From positions 16,988,110-17,052,109 of the forward strand of contig NC_134030.1 of NCBI RefSeq assembly GCF_964204645.1: a stretch of 64,000 bases of DNA. The letters are read 5' to 3'. Of this stretch, positions 54,241 through 63,480 are shown piece after piece; position 1 is the stretch's first letter; every line of letters starts with the position of its first letter. The notes below the pieces were generated by a model. That model had not been told where the DNA came from and did no database searches. It worked only from the letters and a program-made list of their open reading frames with translations. Position numbers and translations under genes: made by a program. Origin of the DNA: Tubulanus polymorphus. Taxonomy: Eukaryota; Animalia; Nemertea.

Positions 54241-55040
54241 CTATATATTGACGCCAATAATTTATATGGTTGGGCAATGATGCAACCTCAACCATACAAA
54301 AATTTTATATTAACAGAAGTTGAAAATGATGATAAAACTGATTGGGAAAGTGCAATTATGGGTTTAAAAGATGAAGCACCAATTGGTTATTTCTTTGTAG
54401 TTGATTTAGAATATCCTGATAACGTAAGATTTAAAACAAGAAATTTACCATATTGCCCAGAACATTTAGCTGATAGATGATAGTTATTTAAGTGAATATC
54501 AGAAAAAAATAAAACCGAAAGATCATGTTTTTATAGAAAAATAAATATTAACATAAAATAATAAATACAATCATATCGTTCATTATAGAATGTTAAAATT
54601 TTATCTAAAACAAGGAAAATTAAAGAGTACATAGATATATTGAATTTAATCAATCGAAGTGGTTAGAAAAATATATAGATTTCAATACTCAACAGAGAAC
54701 CATATCAAAAACAGATTTTGAAAAAGATTTTTTTAAATTAATGAATAATAGTTTGTATGGAAAAACATGTGAAAATATTAGAAATAGAAATGATATTGAA
54801 TTAGTAAATAATTCTGAACGACTGAGACATTTACAATCAAGTCCTAGAAACTTACGAAATAAAAGATTTGAAGATTATTTAACAGCAGTATAATTAAAAA
54901 GAACATCAATGAAATTTAATAAACCAATATTTATAGGTTCAACTGTTTTAGAAATATCAAAATTATTAATGTATGATTTTTATTATAATGTTTTACAACC
55001 GCTTTTTGGGGAAAAACATATTGAAATATTATATTTTGAT

Positions 55041-56096
55041 TCTGTAACAGCTGATACTCCAATATTATTGAAATATAATAATCAAATATTAATAAGAAGA
55101 ATTTCAGAAATAATTCCAAAACAAAATAAATCTTATATTTTATATGGTAAAAAAGAGTTAATACAATTAAATGGATTAATGGATGTTTGGACAAGAAATG
55201 GATGGAAAAAATTAAAGAATATAATTAGACATAAAACAAATAAAAAAATTTAGAACTAAATTAGGGTTTGTAGATGTTACAGCAGATCGTAGTTTAATTA
55301 AACAAAATGGTGATGAAATAAAACCAACTGATATAAAAATTGGAGATGAATTATTACATAAAAGATTTTATCTAGGAATGAATCATATGTCATTTGATGA
55401 AATAATTGATAATATTATAACATAGAACCTGAAACATTTGAAGAAAAAGAATATATTTTCAAAGGATTTTTTATGGGAGATGGTTCAGCAGGTGTGTATA
55501 ATTATGTTGGTGGCAATAGATATTGTTGGTATTTATGCAATCAAGATTTGAAATTATTAGAAAGAATTAAGAAATACTGTGAAGAAGTTTATTCACATAA
55601 AATATTTAGAATCGTGGATCATATGAAATCATCAGCAGTTTATAGAATACTTGTGAATAATCCAAAAGATTTTGCAATAAAATATAATGATAAATTCTAT
55701 ATTCATGCAATAGTTAAAAGTAATACTTCTACCAAAGAAGAGATAGTGCCAGATTATGTATTAAATGCAAAATATAATCTAAGAAAATGGTTCTTCATTG
55801 GATTCTATGCTGCAGATGGGCAGAAAAAATATACGAGATCTCCAGTAATAACATTTGCGCAAAAAGGACAAGTTTCTATATTAGGATTGTATATATTAAG
55901 CAATTCATTAGGATTTAATATGAATATTGAATTAATTAAATCTAAACCAAATTGTTTTAATTTAAGACATGTAGAAAATGAACTAACTGAAGAAGTTAAA
56001 GATTTGTTTGAAACATCCAACCCAACTGACTATGTTTATGATTTATCAACAGATGATGGCACATTTAATTGTGGATTTCCATTAATCCTGGTCAAT
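55041..56096 (+). other. Intein with LAGLIDADG homing endonuclease in PolB motif C (degenerate)
   Basis: YFD|SVTADTPILL (block A); VDVTADRSL (block B, His replaced by Arg); GFFMGDG and FIGFYAADG (LAGLIDADG helices); DYVYDLST..LILVN|TDS (blocks F/G, Asn then Thr+1); two compensating frameshifts. Confidence 0.9.
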
Positions 56097-56209
56097 ACTG
56101 ACAGTTACATGCTAAAAATCAAGACAAATGACATAACAAAAGACTTAAAAACATTAAAACATCATTTCGACTTTAGCAATTACCCAAAAGATCATGAATT
56201 ATTTTGCAA

Positions 56210-56330
56210 TGATGACTATTAGGATATAGTCGAAACGTTGAAATGAACTACTATCTAGAAGTTAAATTTTCGCACTTTTCCGTTATAATTGTGGGATTCT
56301 CTCTACATCGCGTCAACACGGATATAGTGT
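56210..56330 (+). mobile_element. 5'-truncated Penelope-like pLTR/hammerhead fragment truncating polB
   Basis: TGA-T-GACTAT-taggat-ATAGTC-GAAACGTT has the same layout as the 38869 hammerhead but lacks the 5' core; polB similarity ends here. Confidence 0.55.
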
Positions 56331-57390
56331 TCTATCAATCGTGATCAACTTCATGAACCACCTTAATGCAATTTCTTAAAGAACCAAGGATCAAGTTCTA
56401 TTAATGGGAGACTGCAAAGAAGTTAACTAAGAAAAGCTCTCTGTCGCAGTGTCTGACAAACACATCGCAAGCTAAGTCTGTGAATGGATCTGTACCACTG
56501 GATGGTTCCAACATGTCGACCGTCCTACCAGATATAGAGGTAACGACACGCCCAACATCTTGGACCTCGTCATAACCAATCAAGAAACAGCCATCAACGA
56601 CTTCGTGTTCATGCCTGGGATCGGTAAACGCGACCATCTCGTACAGATCATATCTGTCAACTGCACAGTCCAAAACCAGAAGTGCCAACCCAGCACGAAA
56701 CGCTGCTACCATTAACCAAATTTCAAAGCCACGAACAACTCCTTACTGAAGACCCAATGGACGCCCAATTCAGCTGACCAAACCATTCAAGATTTAAACC
56801 TCATATGTACAATCTTTATTGCATCCCGGAATGAGAATGATTATCTTAATCTTACATAGTCTTTATATACATAATTGGGAAAACTAGATGTCAGAAAGTT
56901 TGTAGAAATCAGGACTCACAAACTAACACCTAGTGACATGTTTGAGAGACACAATTAATGATGAGTACCGACTAGAGCTAATTACTATGTATATATATTG
57001 AGTAGCTATATATATGATTATGAAATATGTGACTTATATCAGGGTGACACGTGCCAATTGGTGTTGAAAGAAAATAGAACTAAAACACAAAAGATGGCGA
57101 TGCTACTCTTACTCACAAAGTGACAAAAGACTACAACCGTTACGTCAAAGCGAGGTACTACTATAACATGCAACGAGGCTAAAAGCAACTACGAATCGCA
57201 ACTATCGGCTGAAATATCAGCTAATATCTGCTAACCCTCAAGCCTTCTGGAGCTCTGTACGCTCCACAACCAAGAACAAGGATTCAATTCCTCCTTGAAG
57301 GAAAGCAGGTGGATACCTAGCAACGTCAGACCATGACAAAGCCTCACTCTGGAACGACCACTTTGCATCGTCAACAACGTCAACATCGCC
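56330..57390 (+). mobile_element. CR1/L2-like LINE ORF2 fragments (APE endonuclease and linker)
   Basis: ~56500-56640 reads WFQHVDRPTRYRGNDTPNILDLVITN..GIGKRDHL; ~57130-57370 reads NPQAFWSSVRS..DKASLWNDHFAS. Confidence 0.8.
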
Positions 57391-58737
57391 AGACAACCCT
57401 GTAAAGGGAAATATTGGAAAATGGTCCTCTCCGAACTTTTTTTGCAGTGTATGTATAGTTGTATTCCCAGATATTGTTGTAAAAAGTATTATCTAGTTTT
57501 GAATTAGTTTAATGAAAAACTGAATATGGGGGAATTTTTACGAGAGGAATTCTTTCTGGGGGACATTTACCGGGGGATTTTTACCTGTTACCGTACAATT
57601 CCACTCTTAAAAAGCTTCAAACACTGATATATTCAAATATGATAATTTTATTTATCTGAAAACAATCCAGTATCTACCTTAGAGAACGATCGCAGGTAAC
57701 CGGTCAGGGTAGAGAAGCGCCAAGACGAACTTAACGGCCGAGCGTCCGTGACCAGAGTGAGCCACGAGATATTGGGGGATGATCGGCATTGTCAGGCAGG
57801 CCTGGGGTGGGATGCGCTCCGCCCTGGCCAAGACACACGACTGCATAATGATGGACAAGAAAGACACCGATGGCTATACCAGATGGGTCATTGCCGGGTC
57901 AACAAGAACCGCGCCTTCTGTCTCCCACTTGGACATTGGTGACAAATATACTACTTGTGAAACCTCGACAAAGAATATCCGAAGGGACTGCATTACCATC
58001 TCAACATCGAATGTGATAATACTTCTCCAGATGCGATCTTATTCATGCATACGCAGACCACATGTTTTGGCTAAAGTAAGTAATAACATTAATGAACCCA
58101 CGTGATCTAGCGTGGGATTGACAATTGAACCTCTGCTTGGGCATAAGGAACCACAGAGTGGGAGAAAATAACTCAATAGAAAATAAACGCTCATCAGTAG
58201 AATTGTATAATAATGTAATTGTCAATTTTAACTAGGCAAATTACAGCAATTAACACATAGCACTGGTATGCCTAGCCTATAATAGTTAATTTAATTCCTT
58301 TTAACCATTTGATTGTCAACAATGAATAAATGAGAAAAATTCCACAATAAATTAGCCAACGATGCAATGTTCTTGAATAGTAGAGTAACGTTTCGGCAGT
58401 AATTAGAAGATGGCGTTTTCAGATCAGAGGTCGAGAGGTCGAGACACCACTCATCACAGCTAGGCTCTAGTGAGAACGGACGATTGCTCTGTGACACACA
58501 TATACAGTGAGTGCGCGTAACAACAACTGCGCGTGGATAGATCGATACAGTGAGTCTCTACTGAGAACGGTTATTAACGCGCGTGCTATTACTGTAGTAG
58601 TACAGTGATTGCGTGTCAACTGTACCCGGATAAATAGATGTTGTGAGGCTTGGGTGAGAACGGTTAATAGCGTGTTTGTTATATACAAGGGGAAGTAATC
58701 CCCACTCATCACCACAAGTAATTTCTTTTCCTAATAA

Positions 58738-59063
58738 ATGGGAGATAGAAAAGCATTCTTAGCAACAATAAATAACAGAATAAAACCAGCAAAAAACAAT
58801 TTGAAATAAAAAAGTTAGTTGATGTTACAAAAGAAATTGAACATAAAATATTGAAATTAGAAAAGATAAAAACTAAATATGGAGTGAAAGTATCAGCTAA
58901 TTTAAGCTACTGTAATGTTAGTACATCGCGAGAATTTAAAGTATTTTTACCTGATAAATGGGTTTCATTGAGTACAGAGGAATTAAAAGATTTAGAAGGA
59001 TTTAAAATAATCTATCATGGAAAAAATGAAGATGGTCATCATGATTTAGAAATTGTTGATTAA
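58738..59063 (+). CDS. Small viral ORF, possible OB-fold SSB (copy 2; needs a -1 shift at A AAA AAC)
   Basis: Near-identical to 48547-48873; ATG in ATAAATG context. Confidence 0.5.
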
Positions 59064-59240
59064 AAAAATAAATTGATAATAAAATTAAATAAATATCAAG
59101 AATCCGAAATGACTTATCTGGACAATTTAATTGCTCCGCATAGATGGTGCCATAAACAGCACCCACACAGTGATAGACAAAAGTAGTGAGATATTCAATT
59201 AATTAAAAAAAATTATTTTTTTTGCTTTTTTTCTAAAATA

Positions 59241-59609
59241 TTAATCCATTTTCTTTATTATCAATTTTGGAATTTCAGAAGTATTTTCATTTTTGATAGC
59301 AGTTATTTCAGAATTATTTATATCATGAATTTTATTTGATTTCTTATACAAACTACACCCAATCAAAATGAATACAATTACAAATCCAACTGTAAAATAT
59401 AGATATTTATCAAATATTCTATCATTAGAAGGAGTAGAAATAACAATATTTTCACTATTTTTATTAACATTTTTATTACTTATTTTTTCTTTTACAGCTT
59501 TTTTATATTCTTGTGATTTAATTCCTAATTGCCGAGACCATTCAATTTGTTTCTGAGTTCTCGGTTTTTTCTTCACAGTTAATTCCTTCACTTCTTTCAC
59601 CTCGCTCAT
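59241..59609 (-). CDS. Small basic viral protein with one predicted transmembrane helix
   Basis: KKKPRTQKQIEW; hydrophobic YLYFTVGFVIVFILIGCSLY; ATAAATG start. Confidence 0.65.
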   Translation of the reverse strand: MSEVKEVKELTVKKKPRTQKQIEWSRQLGIKSQEYKKAVKEKISNKNVNKNSENIVISTPSNDRIFDKYLYFTVGFVIVFILIGCSLYKKSNKIHDINNSEITAIKNENTSEIPKLIIKKMD

Positions 59610-60146
59610 TTATTATAGAAATATTTTTACTTTCAATATTTGAAAATGTTATAACCCCAGTTGATAATAATGTCATAAATCCGCCTAATTGAAATGATAA
59701 ATATCCAATCCATTTATTTAATTCAGTCATAACTAAATAATCATTTTTTAATCGGAATATAATCTATTTTCATCTTCAATTGGTAGTATATAATTACATA
59801 ATTTACTATAACCTTTTACTACATTTTCTGATATCGCGTCATTAATTCTAGCTGTTCTCGCGGATTCATAAATCTTAAATAATCTAATAATTTCATCTGA
59901 TTTCATTGTATCTAATTCATTATAAGTTAAATTTTTACCGACAAAATTTTTACATTTTCCAGATGCTATTAATATTTCTAATTGATGTTTACAGTAAAGA
60001 TAATATTCATAATTATTATTTGTTGTAACATTATTTAAAGCACAATCATCTGGAGTTAATTTGTTTTCTGTTATTCCTAAATCATCTAAAGTTTTTTCAA
60101 TTGGAACATCACCATTTTTAGATTTTATTTTCTTTTCACCCCCCAT
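59542..60146 (-). pseudogene. Polinton hypothetical protein split by a 1-nt frameshift
   Basis: ORFs 59748-60146 and 59542-59730 join as ...LYSD(L)KNDYLVMTEL... if one T is restored at ~59750. Confidence 0.6.
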
Positions 60147-60171
60147 TTATATAACAAAAAAATTAATTGTG
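60144..60171 (-). promoter_or_regulatory. Example of the recurring viral upstream motif ACAA(G/T)T(A/T)A-Tn-Nx-ATAAATG
   Basis: Also at 48522-48549(+), 49190-49217(+), 58713-58740(+), 63454-63481(-). Confidence 0.6.
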
Positions 60172-60177
60172 TGATGT

Positions 60178-60435
60178 TGCAACTAGAATTTAACTAGAAT
60201 GTAACTAGAATTCAACTAGATTAACAAGCTAGTTGAAATATTTTTGTTTTTGTTTATTTCTTGTTAAATCTAGTTGATTTTTGTTTCAACTACTAACAAC
60301 TAGAATTCAACTAGAATGTAACTAGAATTAAACTAGATTAACAAGCTAGTTAAAATATTGTTAAATCTATTTGATTTTTGTTACAACTACCAATAACTAG
60401 AATTCAACTTGAATTCAACTAGATTAACAAACTAA
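60178..60435. repeat. Intergenic array of 11-bp AACTAGAATDY units inside a duplicated ~120-bp block
   Basis: aactagaattt-aactagaatgt-aactagaattc-aactagattaacaagctagtt occurs twice, with a partial third copy. Confidence 0.8.
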
Positions 60436-60441
60436 TTGAAT

Positions 60442-61050
60442 TTAAATAAATTCATATTTAAATGGGTGTTGTAATCTAAATAGTAATTTTGATCTTTTAA
60501 TATTTTTCAACTTATCCATATATTCATTATGTAAATCATGTGGAATAATATCATTTTCCTCAAGTGCATTTTTCATCGATTTTCTATCTTTATTGTAGAA
60601 TAAAACTAGAAATCTAATGTTTTCTCTAAAGTCTTTAATAATTGAATTATATTTTTGATTTAAAACCCATGTTGTTATCCCAAAATGTCTCCCAGAGAAA
60701 GCTAGATAACATAACTCACTTTCTCTAACTTTTGAATCATGTAAATTTGCGCAATCATCTATGATAAATAATGTATTTGATCCTTTATAAATATCAATTG
60801 CTATTTTTATACAATTATCTAAATTTTCTTTTACTGTTTTAGGATCTAATATAATAAATTTATTATTCCTAGTAATATTTCTATCATAAGTTTGATTAAA
60901 TTCATATGTTGGACAAAATAATACTATATTATCAAAATAGTTTTCATAAACAGTTTCTAATAAATTTAATATAAAATAAGTTTTTCCACAATTTGTTACA
61001 CCAGAAATTAACATATTATGAGGCTCAAATATGAATAATTCCTTATTCAT
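60442..61050 (-). CDS. A32/FtsK-like DNA packaging ATPase
   Basis: Walker A GVTNCGKT, Walker B FIIDD, GRHFG, LNQKY, RENI; intact 202 aa. Confidence 0.92.
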   Translation of the reverse strand: MNKELFIFEPHNMLISGVTNCGKTYFILNLLETVYENYFDNIVLFCPTYEFNQTYDRNITRNNKFIILDPKTVKENLDNCIKIAIDIYKGSNTLFIIDDCANLHDSKVRESELCYLAFSGRHFGITTWVLNQKYNSIIKDFRENIRFLVLFYNKDRKSMKNALEENDIIPHDLHNEYMDKLKNIKRSKLLFRLQHPFKYEFI

Positions 61051-62178
61051 TTATATATTTTTAATTTTACTTGATAATATCCATTCATTGAATTTATCTG
61101 GCCATCCAACCCATTTTACTAAAGAATATTTTTTTCTTTTAATAGTTTTTGTTTTTAATACTTTTTCAATTTTATATTCTTGTTCTAGATTTTCAGTAGT
61201 TAAACTTAATTCTTCTTCGTAAAAGTAGCCATCAACTTCTTCACCATCTAAATCTTCTAATTTATAGACATATGGTTTTGTTGTTATTACCTTTTTTATT
61301 TTATATATTTCTCTAGTAAAATTTCGATCGTATCCTTTATCAAATATCTTTTTATACTTAGAAATTCTAACATTTTGACCAACTTTAAATTTAGGTTCAC
61401 CAAAATCATCTACAAGAAATGCTCCATATAAATTATTCCAAACAATTTCAGCATTTTCAGGTTTTCTAGCATCAATAGGTTTCATTCCAATAGAAGAATG
61501 ATAAGAATTATTATATCCTTCTATCAATTTTGGCAAAACATCAATCCATTTAAAAGTATTATTCGCTGTAAAATATTTCCACATTCTTGTTCTTAATGTT
61601 CTATTAAATCGTTCAACAACTGCTGCTTTTTTATCCGATTTTGTTGAAAAATATTTAATATTATGATTGTCTAAGAGTTCATGAACAAGTGAATTATTAA
61701 ACTCTTTTCCAATATCAAATTGTATTTTTTCTGGTTTTAGTTCATCATCCGAAAGAAATTTTCTTAAAACATTTGATGTTTGTGCAGCATCTTTTCTATA
61801 AAGTGGGAAACTCCATACATAACGACTAAAAATATCAATTATATTCAATAACCACCAATAATCATCATTATCTTTCTTAACATTTTTCATATCAATTAAA
61901 TCTCCTTGCCACCGTTGATCTACATAACTTACCATAGTTTTACGAGTTTTATATTTTCTAACAATTTTTTTATGTGTTGTATATGTTGGTTGTTCTAACA
62001 TAAATTCATTTATATCTTTATATTTAACTAAATTTTGTGGGATTATCTTATCTAATTTATCTTGTTTTACTTTACGCCATATATTTTCAGTAGAAGAATA
62101 AGTAACCGAACTCTCAGGGTTGTAATATAAATTTCTTAAATATTGTTCTTTAGTATTAGGAGTTTTTTTACCACCCAT
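61051..62178 (-). CDS. Retroviral-type (rve) integrase with C-terminal chromodomain
   Basis: WQGDLIDM, IIDIFSRY, QFDIGKEF, VVERFNRTL (DDE); YKIEKVL..LVKWVGWPDKFNEWI; intact 375 aa. Confidence 0.95.
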   Translation of the reverse strand: MGGKKTPNTKEQYLRNLYYNPESSVTYSSTENIWRKVKQDKLDKIIPQNLVKYKDINEFMLEQPTYTTHKKIVRKYKTRKTMVSYVDQRWQGDLIDMKNVKKDNDDYWWLLNIIDIFSRYVWSFPLYRKDAAQTSNVLRKFLSDDELKPEKIQFDIGKEFNNSLVHELLDNHNIKYFSTKSDKKAAVVERFNRTLRTRMWKYFTANNTFKWIDVLPKLIEGYNNSYHSSIGMKPIDARKPENAEIVWNNLYGAFLVDDFGEPKFKVGQNVRISKYKKIFDKGYDRNFTREIYKIKKVITTKPYVYKLEDLDGEEVDGYFYEEELSLTTENLEQEYKIEKVLKTKTIKRKKYSLVKWVGWPDKFNEWILSSKIKNI

Positions 62179-62208
62179 TTATATATCCTTAATTTTAACT
62201 TTATATTT

Positions 62209-63456
62209 CTAATATTGAATACTATCTAATTGTGAATTTACAATATTTAATTGTGCGTCAGATATAATATAAATGTGCATTTTAAAATTTTTGATTCCTT
62301 TTTTCTTTTTCATGAATAATTGTATTCCATCTTTAGTGTTCTGTAGTTTTTTCCCACAACCATGTAATGAATTATCCTCTGTTGTTCTAAAATCTAACCA
62401 TAATGCATATTTATTGCCGGTATAATAATCAATTTGATTAATATTACAATTTTCAAATGATTTTACTTTTTCATTCATAAAATGTTTTCTAATTTCTGGC
62501 CATTGATCTATCATTCTCATTCCCTGACAAAATATTTTATTTGCTATTCCTTCGATAGTTATTTCTACTTTTGTTATTTCAGGATTATAATAATTATCAA
62601 CCTTTATTGCGCCATTAGAATATGTTGCAATTGTAAAAAATATTAATATACCTTTAATAGATCTTCTTGGGAAGTTAATATTCTCATTAATCATTTCATC
62701 ATTTGCATTAATAGTTACAGTTTTAAATTTATCAATATAATCATATAATGATGAAAATCCTTGATTGTATTGAGTTTGAATTGTGCTAGCAATATTTTCA
62801 TTAGTAACTGTGTCATATTCTAAACATATATTCGATAATTTATAACCCATATCTTTAACAACGCTAGATAATACAATTTCATTAACAGGAGCAAATGTTA
62901 TCTCAAATGTAATATCTTCTTGAATTGCGTATTTATATAAAGGTGCATTATTATTTATCAATTCAAAGTCTAATGGAATTTTATATTTGCTTCCATAAAT
63001 CTTTTTAATCAAATTATCTGTGGCACGAGTTACTATTGCGTCATTAGCTCCTGATCTTAATTTATTATGGTTTTCCGATTGAATACCCTGAAATATCATA
63101 TTATTTCTATTTTCTTTAGTTAACCATAAATCTTTATAATGCATAAATAAATTATAATCATCTAATGAGAAAACTGTTTCCGGACCAATCTTTATAGTTA
63201 ATTTTTTAATCAAATATCTTCCAACATTATCAACAACATAATTGTTATCATGGCCAGTTACTTTTATATCGGCTGATAAATAAATACTATTTGGAACATA
63301 AAAAGTATTTTGTGTTAATCTATGAATTCTAACATATAAAGTTTCACCAGGATTAATATTTGAAGGGTTATTAGTAATTATCTGATGTGATCTTTCTGCT
63401 TTAATAGCATTAGATATTCTAGAAATCTTAGAAGGACTTATATAACTCCCACTCAT
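62209..63456 (-). CDS. Major capsid protein (double jelly-roll, Polinton/adintovirus type)
   Basis: Intact 415-aa beta-rich ORF next to integrase and ATPase; NNPSNINPGE.L.V, KIPLDFE, YKLSNICLEYD, PRRSIKGIL, YNPEITKV, YALWLDFRT, HG.G resemble invertebrate Maverick MCPs (from recall, not a search). Confidence 0.85.
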   Translation of the reverse strand: MSGSYISPSKISRISNAIKAERSHQIITNNPSNINPGETLYVRIHRLTQNTFYVPNSIYLSADIKVTGHDNNYVVDNVGRYLIKKLTIKIGPETVFSLDDYNLFMHYKDLWLTKENRNNMIFQGIQSENHNKLRSGANDAIVTRATDNLIKKIYGSKYKIPLDFELINNNAPLYKYAIQEDITFEITFAPVNEIVLSSVVKDMGYKLSNICLEYDTVTNENIASTIQTQYNQGFSSLYDYIDKFKTVTINANDEMINENINFPRRSIKGILIFFTIATYSNGAIKVDNYYNPEITKVEITIEGIANKIFCQGMRMIDQWPEIRKHFMNEKVKSFENCNINQIDYYTGNKYALWLDFRTTEDNSLHGCGKKLQNTKDGIQLFMKKKKGIKNFKMHIYIISDAQLNIVNSQLDSIQY

Positions 63457-63480
63457 TTATTAAACAAAAAAATTAATTGT

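Larger units (their letters stand above)
49215..56212 (+). pseudogene. polB: Protein-primed family B DNA polymerase with N-terminal C2H2 fingers and an intein
   Basis: CAYC..H..H and CEVC..HLESQKH fingers; EGSG; SSYIKLP..NDDNKCFLW; exo I IYGDFES; KVRDYDHL..YRGAAH; exo II FHYLSRYD; FLDSYRFL; exo III SDVMLLADIFEKFR; IRGGIS; motif A YIDANNLYGWAM; motif B KLMNNSLYGK; motif C YFD/TDS; HFDFSNY. More than 15 stops or frameshifts. Confidence 0.93.

Noticed and set aside
54133-54480. 115-aa ORF as a standalone gene
   Set aside because: Chimera of antisense BEL sequence and the polB motif A segment.
57679-58105. GC-richer stretch with short ORFs on both strands
   Set aside because: Could not be assigned to any family by eye; needs a database search.
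58591-58610. AGTAGT as a Polinton terminus
   Set aside because: Related repeat units continue on both sides; no matching inverted end or 6-bp TSD is visible in the window.
60178-60435. CRISPR-like appearance of the short repeats
   Set aside because: Units are adjacent with no unique spacers, there are no cas genes, and the context is eukaryotic.
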